NCBI GenBank assembly: GCA_028280285.1
Contig: JANQMA010000050.1
Coordinates: 38,055-102,054 of the forward strand
Direction of reading: 5' to 3'
Source of the DNA: Candidatus Omnitrophota bacterium
GTDB taxonomy: Bacteria > Omnitrophota > Gorgyraeia > Zapsychrales > Zapsychraceae
Length of the DNA stretch: 64,000 nt
The notes beneath the pieces are model-generated. The model was not told the DNA's origin. It saw only the letters and a list, made by a program, of their open reading frames with translations, and did no database searches. A program made the position numbers and the translations under genes. Positions 20,517 to 31,916 of this stretch are shown here, piece by piece (within the stretch, counting starts at the first letter, position 1; the number at the start of each line of letters is the position of its first letter).

Positions 20517-21780
20517 AAGCTGCATGTTTATGGTAATTCTTTTAGGGTTGCCGCTCATCGGGTTTTTTATCTTCGCGTTTTTTTATGACCAACAGTTTTT
20601 TCTTTATCTTTCTTTTTGCCTTGCCGCCTGCACTATTTATCTTATTCCTGTACGTATGAAGCTTGTCAGTAAATATGCCGGTGATGAGCTGCGCGCCCGC
20701 GATGTGGAAGAACAAGTTAATTTACTTGAAGCCGACATGAAGGGTGAGCAGACCATCACAGAATCTTTTAAAAAGAAGATTGTTAATTCATCTCAACTTA
20801 AAGGGCTGACCGAACGTTTAAGTATGTGTCTGTATCTGGAGGATACTTCCAAAGTTTTATCGGCCGAGGTTAATAAATTGTTCGGTGATGAAGATACGAC
20901 GGTGATCCTTTATTTATTCCATTCCAAAACAGGGGAACTCGGCCTTTCTTCGTCACAAAAAGGACAAATGCAAGTTAACATCAAGTCTAAACAAGGGGAT
21001 ATTTATGATCACTGGCTTGTTAAAACAATGCAGCCGTTGTCGATTGAAGATACGCATAGTGACTTTCGATTTGATACGGATAAGGTAGAAACAGAAGAGG
21101 CGCGGGCTATCAGGTCGCTTATAAGCACGCCACTTATGATCGGTAAAAAAGCTTTGGGTATTTTACGTGTTGATAGCACCAAAGAAAATAAATTTGGAAC
21201 CGAGGATTTACGTTTCTTGCAGACCATAGGTGATTTAGGGGCAGTAGCAATCGAAAATGCACAACTTTATGAACGTGTCGAGAAACTTGCTATACGCGAT
21301 AGTTTAACGGGGATTTATCTGCGTAAATATTTGTTCGACCGTATTCCGCAAGAAATTACGCGTCATAGAAAACGAAAAGCAAGCCTTGCTTTTATGATGA
21401 TTGATCTTGATAAATTTAAAAAATACAATGATGATTATGGGCATACCGCCGGAGATATTGTGCTGCGGACCATAGGTATGCTGCTTGCTGATTTTTTTGA
21501 TGAACCGGGGAATTTGGTGTGCCGTTATGGTGGAGAAGAATTTTGTGTCCTTTTGCCGGAATGTTCTAAGGAAAAAGCGATCGAGTTGGGGGAAGCCATA
21601 CGTAAAAAAATATCGATGCAGGAGATTATTCTCCGCCGGAAAAAAACCAGTATTACTATTTCTGTCGGTATAGCTGGATTCCCTGAGGATGGGCAGGATC
21701 AGGATGAATTAATACGCAAGGCTGACGAGGCTTTATACAAAGCTAAATCGTCAGGCCGCAACAAGGTGTGTGCGGCATAA
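20485..21780 (+). CDS. Membrane GAF-GGDEF diguanylate cyclase
   Basis: Two TM helices, GAF (AVAIENAQLY), DSLTG, RYGGEEF. The start may be slightly downstream. Confidence 0.9.
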   Translation: MTEKQKTQLSKSCMFMVILLGLPLIGFFIFAFFYDQQFFLYLSFCLAACTIYLIPVRMKLVSKYAGDELRARDVEEQVNLLEADMKGEQTITESFKKKIVNSSQLKGLTERLSMCLYLEDTSKVLSAEVNKLFGDEDTTVILYLFHSKTGELGLSSSQKGQMQVNIKSKQGDIYDHWLVKTMQPLSIEDTHSDFRFDTDKVETEEARAIRSLISTPLMIGKKALGILRVDSTKENKFGTEDLRFLQTIGDLGAVAIENAQLYERVEKLAIRDSLTGIYLRKYLFDRIPQEITRHRKRKASLAFMMIDLDKFKKYNDDYGHTAGDIVLRTIGMLLADFFDEPGNLVCRYGGEEFCVLLPECSKEKAIELGEAIRKKISMQEIILRRKKTSITISVGIAGFPEDGQDQDELIRKADEALYKAKSSGRNKVCAA

Positions 21781-21796
21781 AAAATTTTATTAAATT

Positions 21797-22804
21797 ATGG
21801 CTCCAGTCTTAATCGGATATTTTCTTTTATTTTTGTTTTGTGTGAACAAGATTGTCGAGTGTTTGTATAAAGAGTCGGAGCAGTATGTTGTCGATTTGAA
21901 TACAAAAAAAGAAGGATTACTTAAGAAGAAACATCATTTGATAGAGCAAAAAAGAATCGTCGAAAATGAATCCAAAGAAATCTTCACCCTTTTTGAAATC
22001 ACCAAAGATATAACCAAAAGTTTCAATGAAAAAGATGCATTTGAAATTTTTAAAGTAAAATTGGCTGAGCATGTCAAGTTTGATAAATGTGAACTCTTGG
22101 ATCCTCTGGTTGAGAATATAAAAGAATTAAGAAAGGTTAAAGAGTATTTTGTATTTACACTGCAAGGTAAAAAACGTAAGATTGGCTATATTTCTGTGCT
22201 TGGTTTGCCGGAATTAGATAAAGAAAAATTTATGATCATGGCCCATCAGTTTGCACTGGCTCTTCGGCGTGTTAAGTTACATCAAGAGGTTGAACAAACG
22301 GCTATTACCGATGGTTTGACAGAGATGTATACACGTGGGTATACTTTCAGCCGATTTGAAGAAGAGTTCAGCCGCGCAAAATCCAAAAAAATAAGTTTGT
22401 CTTTTCTTATGGTCGATGTCGATCATTTTAAGATTTTGAATGATCAATACGGACATTTAACAGGTGATAAGATTTTGCGTAAAATTGCGAAAATTATTAA
22501 AGAAAATATCCGTGAAATTGATATTGGTGGACGCTATGGTGGAGAAGAGTTTTGTGTCATTCTGCCCGATACCGATAATAAAGGTGCGCGGTATGCCGCT
22601 GAACGTATCAGAAAAGCGGCCGAGGAAACCCAAATCCGCGCCTATGATGCGGTTGTTAATATTACGGTCAGTATAGGTGTTGCCACCTACCCTAAAAATG
22701 GTTCATCTGTGACCGAGATTGTTGATAAAGCGGACTGGGCTCTTTACAGGGCCAAGAAGCGCGGGCGAAACAAAATTTGTGTCTTCGGCGTCTACGATGA
22801 ATAG
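21797..22804 (+). CDS. GGDEF diguanylate cyclase
   Basis: TM helix, DGLT, REID I-site and RYGGEEF. Confidence 0.9.
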   Translation: MAPVLIGYFLLFLFCVNKIVECLYKESEQYVVDLNTKKEGLLKKKHHLIEQKRIVENESKEIFTLFEITKDITKSFNEKDAFEIFKVKLAEHVKFDKCELLDPLVENIKELRKVKEYFVFTLQGKKRKIGYISVLGLPELDKEKFMIMAHQFALALRRVKLHQEVEQTAITDGLTEMYTRGYTFSRFEEEFSRAKSKKISLSFLMVDVDHFKILNDQYGHLTGDKILRKIAKIIKENIREIDIGGRYGGEEFCVILPDTDNKGARYAAERIRKAAEETQIRAYDAVVNITVSIGVATYPKNGSSVTEIVDKADWALYRAKKRGRNKICVFGVYDE

Positions 22805-22954
22805 ATACAACTCGTTTTAAATAAATAACTTACACTCCAGTCCAAATCTCCCAAAAAAGTGCTAATTTGCGTTGCGGTCGTGGCTTTAATCATGTAGAAT
22901 ACATCCATCTTCCATTAATATTAGTATATTAATCAATAAGATTAGAAAGATTAG

Positions 22955-23863
22955 ATGAAGAAGGTAGTTATAGGTGTCGATGTTGGAGGAACTAATGTCA
23001 AGTTAGGATTAGTCAGCGCCACAGGCCGAGTTCTTGCCCGAACACACTTCAGCACTAAAAATTTCACGCATAGTAAAACAACACTCATTAATGCCATCAT
23101 TGATAATATCAATGAGTTAACTAAAGAATACGGCTTAAAAAAGAAAAACATAAGCGGTATAGGTTTTGGTTTACCCGGGCTTATTGATCCTAAAAAAGGT
23201 GTTGTGAAGGTTCTTCCTAATGTGCCAGGATGGCATAATGTTGCGCTTAAAAAAATTGTTCAGCAAAAAACAAAACTGCCGGTTGTTATCGACAATGATG
23301 TGAATTTGATTACTTTAGCGGAATGGAAGTATGGCGCAGGCCGCGGATATAAAAACCTTGTGTGCATTACACTTGGGACGGGGGTCGGCGGGGGACTGGT
23401 GTTTGATAATCATTTTTATCGCGGCCCCGGGTATGTGGCCGGCGAGATTGGCCATTTTCCTTATCAGGATAAAACATTCGAAAGATATGTTGGGAACAAA
23501 ACGCTTACCCAGCTTGCTTCGAAAAGACTACGCCGCAAGATTACAGAGGTGAGTGAGGTTCATTTAATGGCTAAGAAAGGCCATAAAGGTGCGCTTAAGT
23601 TTTGGAAAAGTGTTGCTGAACATTTAGCGCCGACGCTGATTGGAACAATCAATTTACTTAATCCACCTCTTGTCATAATCGGTGGAGGGGTATCTAATAA
23701 TTTCCCCTTTTTTGCCCCTAAGTTAAAAAGTTTAATCAAGCAGAAAGCCATGCCGGTTCAGGGGCGTATGGTTAAAATTGTGCGGGCCAAACTTGGGAAT
23801 GATGCCGGTTTAATTGGCGCGCAAATATTGCTCAAAGGTAAATATAATGCCCTTTCGCAGTAA
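22955..23863 (+). CDS. ROK family sugar kinase
   Basis: GVDVGGT, DNDVN, TLGTGVGGG and GEIGH motifs. Confidence 0.9.
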   Translation: MKKVVIGVDVGGTNVKLGLVSATGRVLARTHFSTKNFTHSKTTLINAIIDNINELTKEYGLKKKNISGIGFGLPGLIDPKKGVVKVLPNVPGWHNVALKKIVQQKTKLPVVIDNDVNLITLAEWKYGAGRGYKNLVCITLGTGVGGGLVFDNHFYRGPGYVAGEIGHFPYQDKTFERYVGNKTLTQLASKRLRRKITEVSEVHLMAKKGHKGALKFWKSVAEHLAPTLIGTINLLNPPLVIIGGGVSNNFPFFAPKLKSLIKQKAMPVQGRMVKIVRAKLGNDAGLIGAQILLKGKYNALSQ

Positions 23864-25937
23864 TTATATCAATATTCTATGGGTGGTTTCGGCCATAATG
23901 TGTTTTATTTGTGCATCTGGCAGTGTATCTTTGGCCCAAACACAAAATGGTTCGGTGGAACTCAACGGCGATACGGTCGAATATTCTGTCGACGGCAATA
24001 CAGTTATCGCCCGGGGGAATGTTGAAATCAAACACGGCACAACGACGCTCATTGCCGATGAGGTTGAGTTTAACCGTAATACCCAGATTGCCTATGCCGT
24101 GGGCGATGTTATTCTAACAACTGATTCTGGTGAGATTTCCGGAGATAAGATTGTTTTTAATTTTGAAACCATGAAAGGTGAATTTAACGACGCGCATTTT
24201 ATGTCACATCCATATTACGGCTATGCCAGAAAAGTCAAACGGGTCGATGATAATCATCTTATTTTAGAAAATGGTTATATCACCACATCTGATTATGATA
24301 AACCTGAATATCGTATTACCTCGAAAAAAATTGATGTTTATCCTAACGATAAACTTGTGGCCAAGCATGTCAAGGTTAGAGTGGGTGATGTGCCGATATT
24401 ATATTCACCGTGGTACCGTCATAGTTTGAAAGATCAGGAGCCGCGTTTTGTTTTCGTGCCGGGGCATGACAGTGACTGGGGTGGTTTTTTACTCAGCACA
24501 TTTAATCATCGTTTTAATGACAATGTGAAAATTGCCTTACATGCCGATTATAGAGAAAGACTCGGTATTGGTGGAGGGGCCGATGTTGTATATGAAAGTG
24601 AAGATTGGGGTAAGGGTTTGCTGCGCACCTATTATACAGGCGAAGAAGATGAAAACGAAAGTCCAGCGCGTAAAAGAGACCGTCACAAAGTAGAATGGCG
24701 CCATAAATGGCAGGTTGATGAAAAAACCACCGCCATTTGGCAATACTATAAATTGAGTGATTCCACGTTTCTTAAGGATTATTTTGAACACGAACATGAA
24801 GACGATTCAAATCCAAACAGTTTTATTACCATTACACGTGGTTTACCGAAGGGAGTGCTTAGTTTTCGTGCCGATGTGAGAGTCAATCGTTTTGAAGATA
24901 AAGTTGAACGATTGCCAGAGGTTAAATATACGCTTAACAACCAAGAGATATTTGATACGGGGGTTTATATTAAAAACACAACAACTTACTCAAATCTCTT
25001 TGAAAAGAAAATCTCACCGAGTGATTCACATTTAAAAACGCATCGTGTTGATACAGACAGTGAGATGTCCTACCCAACAAAAATTTCTTTTCTTGAGTTT
25101 AAACCATTTGTCGGTGGCCGTGTGCAGTACTATTCTCATGCGTTGAGTGATGCCGATGATAATTCTTTCCGTGGGATTTTTAGAACAGGAGCATCTGTTA
25201 GTACAAAGTTTTATAGAATTTTCAAGGTTAATCATGGTCTATTCGGGGAAGATGTTTCGAAAATGAGACATATTGTTACACCGAGCATCGATTATTTATT
25301 CCAAGATGATCCGACTTTTAGTAATGATAAAATCAATCAATTTGACAGTTTGGATTCGCATACAAATGCCAACAGAGTAGCGTTGTCTCTTGAGAACAAA
25401 CTTCAAATTAAACGCGGTGAAAAAACGGTTGAACTTGTGCGCGCGGTTGTTGGTGTGCCTTTTGAATTTAAACAACATCCGGGAGCCGGAGGATTTGACG
25501 TTATAACCACGGATGTTGATCTTAGGCCGGTTGACTGGTTGTCGTTTTATTTTGATTCTAAATATGATCCCCATGACCGTGAACTTGACACCGCCAACTT
25601 TGATATGTACATCAATGGGCGTAGATGGAAGCTTGGTATAGGGCGCCGCTACAGCAGACTTGCCGATGATCAGATTACCGCGGAGTTTAATTATCGTATT
25701 AATTCAAAATGGTTGTTTAAAGCCTATGAAAGGTTTGACATAGAAAGCGGTCGCATGAAGGATCAGAATTATCTTCTCAGACGTGATTTGCACTCCTGGG
25801 AGATGGATATTAATTTCAGAGATTCAAGGGCTGATGGCCAGCAACTCCTAATGGCTTTTCGTCTTAAAGCTTTTCCTGAAATAGGTTTTGATTTCGGAAG
25901 TACATTTTCCGAACGCAGGAATGACTCTCTAGAATAA
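23847..25937 (+). CDS. lptD: LPS assembly protein LptD
   Basis: N-terminal OstA-like beta-jellyroll, ERLPE motif, beta-barrel-like C-terminus. Confidence 0.8.
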   Translation: MPFRSNYINILWVVSAIMCFICASGSVSLAQTQNGSVELNGDTVEYSVDGNTVIARGNVEIKHGTTTLIADEVEFNRNTQIAYAVGDVILTTDSGEISGDKIVFNFETMKGEFNDAHFMSHPYYGYARKVKRVDDNHLILENGYITTSDYDKPEYRITSKKIDVYPNDKLVAKHVKVRVGDVPILYSPWYRHSLKDQEPRFVFVPGHDSDWGGFLLSTFNHRFNDNVKIALHADYRERLGIGGGADVVYESEDWGKGLLRTYYTGEEDENESPARKRDRHKVEWRHKWQVDEKTTAIWQYYKLSDSTFLKDYFEHEHEDDSNPNSFITITRGLPKGVLSFRADVRVNRFEDKVERLPEVKYTLNNQEIFDTGVYIKNTTTYSNLFEKKISPSDSHLKTHRVDTDSEMSYPTKISFLEFKPFVGGRVQYYSHALSDADDNSFRGIFRTGASVSTKFYRIFKVNHGLFGEDVSKMRHIVTPSIDYLFQDDPTFSNDKINQFDSLDSHTNANRVALSLENKLQIKRGEKTVELVRAVVGVPFEFKQHPGAGGFDVITTDVDLRPVDWLSFYFDSKYDPHDRELDTANFDMYINGRRWKLGIGRRYSRLADDQITAEFNYRINSKWLFKAYERFDIESGRMKDQNYLLRRDLHSWEMDINFRDSRADGQQLLMAFRLKAFPEIGFDFGSTFSERRNDSLE

Positions 25938-25974
25938 TATGTATGTTTTAAAGGAATATTAGAAAGGAAAGTAT

Positions 25975-27297
25975 GTGAATATTTCAATTATTGGATCAGG
26001 ATATGTTGGCCTGGTTACAGGAGTTTGCTTGGCGCATATTGGGCACAATGTTATTTGTGTTGATATAGATGAAGAAAAAATTAAAAAATTACGTAAAGCG
26101 CTTGTCCCTATTTATGAGCCGGGCCTTGGGGAACTTATAAAAAAATATATTAAAAAGAAGACATTGTCTTTTACGACTTCCATTAAGGAAGCGACAAAGA
26201 AAACGGATGTTATTTTCATCGCGGTTGGAACGCCATCGAAGAAAAATGGCGATGCCGATTTAACCTATGTCGAGAATGTTGCCCGGCAAATTGCGGAGAG
26301 CATGACTTCCTATAAGTTAATTATTGAGAAATCAACTGTACCGGCAGATACAGGGAATAAGATAAGACGTACAGTTGAATTAAATGTTAATAAAAAGCAC
26401 CGTAAGGGAACAAAAAGTCAGATTGAGTTTGATGTAGCATCCAATCCGGAGTTTTTAAGAGAAGGCTCGGCCGTCGATGACTTTATGAATCCCGACCGTG
26501 TTGTTATTGGGGTTGAGTCAAAAAAAGCAGAGAAGATTCTGCGTGAAATTTATAAGCCGCTTAAACCGAAAATGGTTGTCACCGATATTAATTCGGCGGA
26601 GATTATTAAACATGCATCTAATTCATTTTTGGCAACAAAAATTTCTTTTGCCAATGCCTTATCGCAAGTATGTAATCATGTTGGGGCCGATATTCTGAAA
26701 GTAGTTGAAGGGATGGGGTATGATAAAAGGATCGGCAAAAGCTTTCTTAATGCAGGTATCGGCTATGGCGGGAGCTGTTTTCCCAAAGACGTTGATGCTT
26801 TTATCCGTCTCAGTGAAAAGAACGGGTATGATTTTGCGCTTCTTAAAAGTGTGCGAGATATTAATAAAGAACAAAAACAGTCCTTTATTAAGCTTATCGA
26901 GGAAAAGCTTTGGATTGTAAAAAATAAAACGATCGGTGTGCTTGGTCTGGCATTTAAACCAAATACCGATGATATGCGCTCGGCACCATCGATTGATATT
27001 ATCCAGCAGCTTCAAAAGGAAGGGGCTAAAATAAAAGCCTTTGATCCCAAAGCCTCCACAACAGCTAAAGAAGTATTTAAAAAAATCACTTATGCTAAGG
27101 ATGTTTACGGTGCGGTTAAAGACTGTGATTGCCTTTTACTTTTAACCGAATGGGATGAGTTTAAAGATATTGATTTTGAGAAACTCAGGCGTCTGATGAA
27201 TCAGCCGATTATTTTCGATGGACGTAATTTATATCATGATAAAAATTTAGAAAAAATGGGTTTTGAATATTACGGTATTGGCCGGGGTAAAGTTTAG
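25975..27297 (+). CDS. ugd: UDP-glucose 6-dehydrogenase
   Basis: GSGYVG, NPEFLREG, GYGGSCFPKD and KPNTDD.R motifs. Confidence 0.92.
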   Translation: MNISIIGSGYVGLVTGVCLAHIGHNVICVDIDEEKIKKLRKALVPIYEPGLGELIKKYIKKKTLSFTTSIKEATKKTDVIFIAVGTPSKKNGDADLTYVENVARQIAESMTSYKLIIEKSTVPADTGNKIRRTVELNVNKKHRKGTKSQIEFDVASNPEFLREGSAVDDFMNPDRVVIGVESKKAEKILREIYKPLKPKMVVTDINSAEIIKHASNSFLATKISFANALSQVCNHVGADILKVVEGMGYDKRIGKSFLNAGIGYGGSCFPKDVDAFIRLSEKNGYDFALLKSVRDINKEQKQSFIKLIEEKLWIVKNKTIGVLGLAFKPNTDDMRSAPSIDIIQQLQKEGAKIKAFDPKASTTAKEVFKKITYAKDVYGAVKDCDCLLLLTEWDEFKDIDFEKLRRLMNQPIIFDGRNLYHDKNLEKMGFEYYGIGRGKV

Positions 27298-27305
27298 ATT
27301 ATTTT

Positions 27306-28595
27306 ATGTCTTCTGCGTTAAAAAAGAAAATTGTTACACGTAAGGCCAAGATTGCCGTTATTGGGCTGGGGTATGTCGGCCTTCCTATTGCCTACTATTT
27401 TGCCCAAAAGGGATTTGCGATTCTTGGACTTGATACTGATGAAGATCGTGTTGCCAAAATTAATCAAAAGAAAAGTTATATCTTGGATATCTCCAGCCGC
27501 CGGCTTGCCGATGTGGTTAATAAGAAAAAATTCTCGGCGAGTACGGATTTTAAGCTTATCAATACCGTTGATATCGTGATTATTTGTGTGCCGACCCCGC
27601 TTAAGCGCAAATATACGCCTGATATGTCGTTTATTATGGATGCTGTTAGGTCCATCCGTACAAATTTGAAAAAAGGAACTCTTATTGTCCTTGAGAGCAC
27701 AACATATCCCGGGACAACGGAAGAACAGATTAAACCGGCCTTTGACCGCAAAGGCTTTACAATTGATAAAGATTATTACTTGGCTTTTTCTCCTGAACGG
27801 ATTGATCCCGGCAACAAAAAGTACGATGTCGTGGATATCCCAAAGATTGTAGGAGGAGTTACAGAAAAAAGTGCTCGTTTAACGGCGATGCTATATAAAA
27901 AAATTATTAAAGACATTCATGTTGTTGCCTCGGCCCGGGCTGCGGAAATGACAAAATTACTTGAAAATTCATTTAGGATTATTAATATCGGGTGGATTAA
28001 TGAAGTCGCCCAAATGTGTCATAAGATGGACATTGATGTTTGGGAAGTGATAGATGCAGCCAAAACGAAACCGTTTGGGTTTATGCCTTTTTATCCCGGC
28101 CTTGGCGTCGGTGGTCACTGTATTCCCGATGATCCACTTTATTTGTACTGGAAAGCTAAGCATAGCGGGTTTAGTTCCAGATTTATCAAATTATCGGCGG
28201 ACATCAACCATAGTATGCCGCAATATGCGGCACAGCGTATTACCAAGTTGATTAGGCCTAAGACGAAAGCCAAGATTCTTATTATCGGTGTAACCTATAA
28301 AAAAGATGTGCGTGATTTGCGTAAATCACCAGCGTTAACGTTAATTGAAGAATTCAGACGCGATAAGGTTTGTGTCGACTATCATGATCCGATTATTCCT
28401 TATCTTGATATCGGAACGATCGATCTTCAGTCGGTCAAATTGTCATCAGCGTCGATTAAAAAGTATGATTGTGTTGTTATTGCGGTTGATCATACTAGGG
28501 TAAACTATGCGATGATACGTAAAAATGCGAGGAAGATCTTTGATATTCGTAATGTTTATAAAGATTGTGCGGACAAAAAAATAATAAAATTTTAA
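27306..28595 (+). CDS. Nucleotide-sugar (UDP-N-acetylhexosamine) dehydrogenase
   Basis: [23 protein letters not shown] and GVGGHCIP motifs. Confidence 0.9.
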   Translation: MSSALKKKIVTRKAKIAVIGLGYVGLPIAYYFAQKGFAILGLDTDEDRVAKINQKKSYILDISSRRLADVVNKKKFSASTDFKLINTVDIVIICVPTPLKRKYTPDMSFIMDAVRSIRTNLKKGTLIVLESTTYPGTTEEQIKPAFDRKGFTIDKDYYLAFSPERIDPGNKKYDVVDIPKIVGGVTEKSARLTAMLYKKIIKDIHVVASARAAEMTKLLENSFRIINIGWINEVAQMCHKMDIDVWEVIDAAKTKPFGFMPFYPGLGVGGHCIPDDPLYLYWKAKHSGFSSRFIKLSADINHSMPQYAAQRITKLIRPKTKAKILIIGVTYKKDVRDLRKSPALTLIEEFRRDKVCVDYHDPIIPYLDIGTIDLQSVKLSSASIKKYDCVVIAVDHTRVNYAMIRKNARKIFDIRNVYKDCADKKIIKF

Positions 28596-28605
28596 GGAAA
28601 AGAAT

Positions 28606-29553
28606 ATGCGGCGAAGAAAAGTAATCGTTATTACCGGTGGGGCTGGTTTTTTGGGTAGTCATCTGTGTGAGCGTTTTATTCAAGATGATTATAAAGTTGT
28701 TTGTATAGACAATTTAATTACAGGCAGCATGGATAATATAAAAGGTCTTTTAAAAAATAAACACTTTGATTTTATTAAACATGATGTTTCTAAAGAGATT
28801 AAAGTCCCCGGGGCTGTTCATTATATTTTGCATTTCGCTTCTTTAGCTTCACCTGTTGATTACTTGAAATATCCGATACCGACGCTTAAGGTTGGATCTT
28901 TAGGTGCGCATAATACATTAGGTCTGGCAAAAGCAAAAAAAGCGCGTTATTTGATTGCTTCTACCTCGGAAGTTTACGGTGACCCGCAGGAACATCCGCA
29001 AAAAGAAGACTATTGGGGGCATGTTAATCCGGTTGGTCCGCGAGGGTGTTATGATGAGTCTAAAAGATTTCAAGAGGCCATTACAATGGCGTATCACCGT
29101 TATCACAATATTGATACGCGTATTGTACGCATTTTTAATACATACGGTCCGCGCATGCGCGTCAATGACGGCAGGGTTGTGCCTAACTTTATTCATCAGG
29201 CATTGGATAACAGACCCTTGACGGTCTATGGTAAGGGGAAACAGACCCGTTCATTTTGTTATGTGGATGATCAGATTGAAGGCATTGTGCAGCTTCTTCA
29301 CTCAAAATATACCGGCCCGGTTAATATCGGCAATCCCGATGAATTTACTATTTTGGATTTTGCCAAATTGGTTATTAAGACGATAGGAGAGACAAAAAGT
29401 AAAGTTATTTATGAAGATCTTCCTGTCGACGATCCGTTGCAAAGACAACCTGATATTGCGCTTGCTTGGAAAAAGTTAAAATGGAAGCCCAAAGTTTCTA
29501 TTGAAGAAGGGTTGGGCTACACTATTGAGTGGTTTAAACAAAAATATGTCTAA
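28606..29553 (+). CDS. UDP-glucuronate decarboxylase-like SDR
   Basis: [24 protein letters not shown] and [10 protein letters not shown] motifs. Confidence 0.9.
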   Translation: MRRRKVIVITGGAGFLGSHLCERFIQDDYKVVCIDNLITGSMDNIKGLLKNKHFDFIKHDVSKEIKVPGAVHYILHFASLASPVDYLKYPIPTLKVGSLGAHNTLGLAKAKKARYLIASTSEVYGDPQEHPQKEDYWGHVNPVGPRGCYDESKRFQEAITMAYHRYHNIDTRIVRIFNTYGPRMRVNDGRVVPNFIHQALDNRPLTVYGKGKQTRSFCYVDDQIEGIVQLLHSKYTGPVNIGNPDEFTILDFAKLVIKTIGETKSKVIYEDLPVDDPLQRQPDIALAWKKLKWKPKVSIEEGLGYTIEWFKQKYV

Positions 29554-30172
29554 TAAAACTAAATTAACAAAACAAGATCTACAGGACTTTGAACAAGAGA
29601 TAGCCGATATTTTTGCCACCGGCATCTTGCGTGCGCCCGTTCATTTACGAAAGGGGCGGGAAGAGCAACTCATTCATATTTTTGAAGAACATGGTATCGG
29701 TGATGATGATTATGTTTACGGGTTTTGGGATTCCCATGAGTTGGCGCTCCTTAAAGGTGTTCCCCGTCAAGAACTGAAAGATTCTATTTTAGCCGGCAAT
29801 AGCATTGCCTTATGTTTTCCGGAGTATAAGGTTCTGTGTTCGGGCATCGTGGGGAGTTTAATGGGAACAGCTGTCGGGACAGCGTGGTCTTTGAAGGACA
29901 AAGGGGCTAAGGGCCGTGTCTTTCTTTTCTGTGGAGATATGTCGAGTGAGACAGGCATATTCCATGAGGCGGTTAAATATGCGGTGAATTTTGATTTACC
30001 GGTTGTCTTTGTGGTCGGAGATAATGGACTCAGCGTTATGACTGACACGCGCACAACGTGGGGGAGTAAAGATCCCTGGTTTAAGGATACAAAGTTTGAA
30101 GAAAAGATTATTTACTTTCAATATAAAAACGAATGGCCGCATTCGGGGTTGGGATGGAAAATAAAATTTTAA
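29546..30172 (+). CDS. TPP-dependent enzyme, E1-alpha-like subunit (short)
   Basis: PVHL..G.E, SGIVG and the GD...ETG.FHEA...DN TPP-binding motif. Confidence 0.8.
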   Translation: MSNKTKLTKQDLQDFEQEIADIFATGILRAPVHLRKGREEQLIHIFEEHGIGDDDYVYGFWDSHELALLKGVPRQELKDSILAGNSIALCFPEYKVLCSGIVGSLMGTAVGTAWSLKDKGAKGRVFLFCGDMSSETGIFHEAVKYAVNFDLPVVFVVGDNGLSVMTDTRTTWGSKDPWFKDTKFEEKIIYFQYKNEWPHSGLGWKIKF

Positions 30173-30306
30173 TAATCTTACTTATTTTAGGATTAATTTA
30201 TTTCAGTTTTAATTATAAGAATTGGGTTCAGTTTTGGGAAGTAGATAAATGCCTCGATGCCGGTGGAAGATGGAATTACGAAAACAATTATTGTGAGAAA
30301 TCATGA
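30154..30306 (+). CDS. Small membrane protein, 50 aa (below the ORF-track cutoff)
   Basis: [52 protein letters not shown] helix plus a Cys pair; fills the gap and overlaps the next gene by ATGA. Confidence 0.7.
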   Translation: MENKILIILLILGLIYFSFNYKNWVQFWEVDKCLDAGGRWNYENNYCEKS

Positions 30307-30839
30307 AATATTTCGACGAACTTAAAAGAACAATGGAGTGGCTCGCTGAGCAAGAAGATGCTATTTTTGTCGGCCAGACCGTGGCAGGCCCGGGTACGTT
30401 TATGTATCAGACACTGCGTGATGTCAAACCGGAAAAGACGCTTGAGATGCCGATTAATGAAAGCTTTCAAATGCAGTTTACCCTTGGTATGGCCCTTGAC
30501 GGGCGTATACCTATTTCAGTTTATCCGCGTCAAAATTTTTTACTTTTAGCAACCGCCGATATGGTGAATATGGTTGATAAGGTTCCTGCCATTAGCGGAG
30601 GAACATGGACGCCCAAGATGATTATCCGTGTGGCCTCAGGCCCTTTTAAGCCGGTTCACCCTGGGCATCAACATATCGGTAATTATGCCGACGGTTTTCG
30701 CCAAATGTTTGATTGGATTGAAGTGGTGGAGCTCGAGGAGCCTGAAGATATTTTTCCAGCGTATAAACATGCCTATGAACGGGAAGACGGCAAAACGACG
30801 CTGATCATTGAGCATGGAAATTATTATAATGATAAGTAA
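30303..30839 (+). CDS. TPP-dependent enzyme, E1-beta/transketolase pyrimidine-binding-like subunit (short)
   Basis: IFVGQ, EMPINE, G.ALDG and HPGHQH motifs; lacks the C-terminal domain. Confidence 0.8.
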   Translation: MKYFDELKRTMEWLAEQEDAIFVGQTVAGPGTFMYQTLRDVKPEKTLEMPINESFQMQFTLGMALDGRIPISVYPRQNFLLLATADMVNMVDKVPAISGGTWTPKMIIRVASGPFKPVHPGHQHIGNYADGFRQMFDWIEVVELEEPEDIFPAYKHAYEREDGKTTLIIEHGNYYNDK

Positions 30840-30848
30840 TGTAAAAGC

Positions 30849-30906
30849 CGTACTTAGTATTTCGTGCTTGGTACTTCGATGTACTAAGTACGATGTGCGA
30901 AGTACG
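30849..30906. repeat. Heptamer palindromic element (GTACTTx family)
   Basis: gtactta/gtatttc/gtgcttg/gtacttc ... gatgtac/taagtac/gatgtgc/gaagtac. Confidence 0.8.
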
Positions 30907-30919
30907 AATAAGTTTTAAT

Positions 30920-31855
30920 ATGAAACAAGACTCACGCATTTTGATTGTAGGTCACGGCGCTGTTGAAAATAGTCTGGTCAGTTATTTTAAAAAAAATAAT
31001 TTTGCAAACGTTTTTTCCATCACAGAATTGGGTCTTAACCCAACGATACAATCGTCGGTGTATGCGTTCTTTCAAAAAGAAAAACCTGAATATGTCTTTT
31101 TAGGTTCGACAAAGTCCGGTGGCATTCAGGCTAATCTTGATTTTCCGGCTGACTTTGTTTATCACAATACGGAAAGTCAGAATAATATATTCTATGCGGC
31201 GCGCAAATTTGGCACCAAAAAGGTTCTTTATTATGCTAGCTCCTGTATGTATCCGAAAGAGGCTCCTCAGCCTATGGTCGAAGATTTATTTTTGACAGGA
31301 GCCCTTGAAGAGTCATCAAAGCCTTACGCTGTGGCCAAAATAGCAGGCACAGTTATGGCCCAAGCGTTTAGTAACCAGTATGGACTTAAGACAGTTGTTA
31401 TGGTCCCGGCGACAATTTACGGTCCGGGGTGTGATACGGATTTAGCCCACGCGCATGTGCTAGGCGCGCTTATTGCGAAATTTGCCAAAGCGGCTTGTGA
31501 GGGAGAAGATTCCGTTGAGTTGTGGGGAACAGGTAATCCCAGACGGGAATTTATTTATGTTGATGATTTTGTTGAGGCGAGCCTATTTTTGATAAACAAG
31601 CATGACGATGCGGCTATTATTAATGCCGGTGTGGGGGATGATATCACCATTAAAGAGCTGGCCGAAACAATTGCAGAGATCTCTGGCTTTAAAGGCAAAA
31701 TCACATTTGATTTTTCCAAGCCCGATGGTGTTAAACAAAAACTGCTTGATAGTTCGCGCATTAATAAATGCGGATGGAGAGCAAAGGTAGGTTTACGTGA
31801 AGGAATTGAAAAAACGTATCAATGGTATAACAAGTCTTTAGCGCATAGCGTTTAG
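30920..31855 (+). CDS. GDP-L-fucose synthase-like reductase (Fcl/ColC family)
   Basis: GGIQAN, SSCMYPK, YAVAK, WGTG.PRREF and KPDG motifs. Confidence 0.88.
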   Translation: MKQDSRILIVGHGAVENSLVSYFKKNNFANVFSITELGLNPTIQSSVYAFFQKEKPEYVFLGSTKSGGIQANLDFPADFVYHNTESQNNIFYAARKFGTKKVLYYASSCMYPKEAPQPMVEDLFLTGALEESSKPYAVAKIAGTVMAQAFSNQYGLKTVVMVPATIYGPGCDTDLAHAHVLGALIAKFAKAACEGEDSVELWGTGNPRREFIYVDDFVEASLFLINKHDDAAIINAGVGDDITIKELAETIAEISGFKGKITFDFSKPDGVKQKLLDSSRINKCGWRAKVGLREGIEKTYQWYNKSLAHSV

Positions 31856-31899
31856 CGTTTAGATAGTTACTAGTCGCTATACGCTGTACGCTATACGCT
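31839..31899. repeat. Heptamer palindromic element (TAGCGxx family)
   Basis: tagcgca/tagcgtt/tagcgtt ... cgctata/cgctgta/cgctata. Contains the upstream stop codon. Confidence 0.8.
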
Positions 31900-31916
31900 T
31901 TTAGAAAGGCAGTAAT

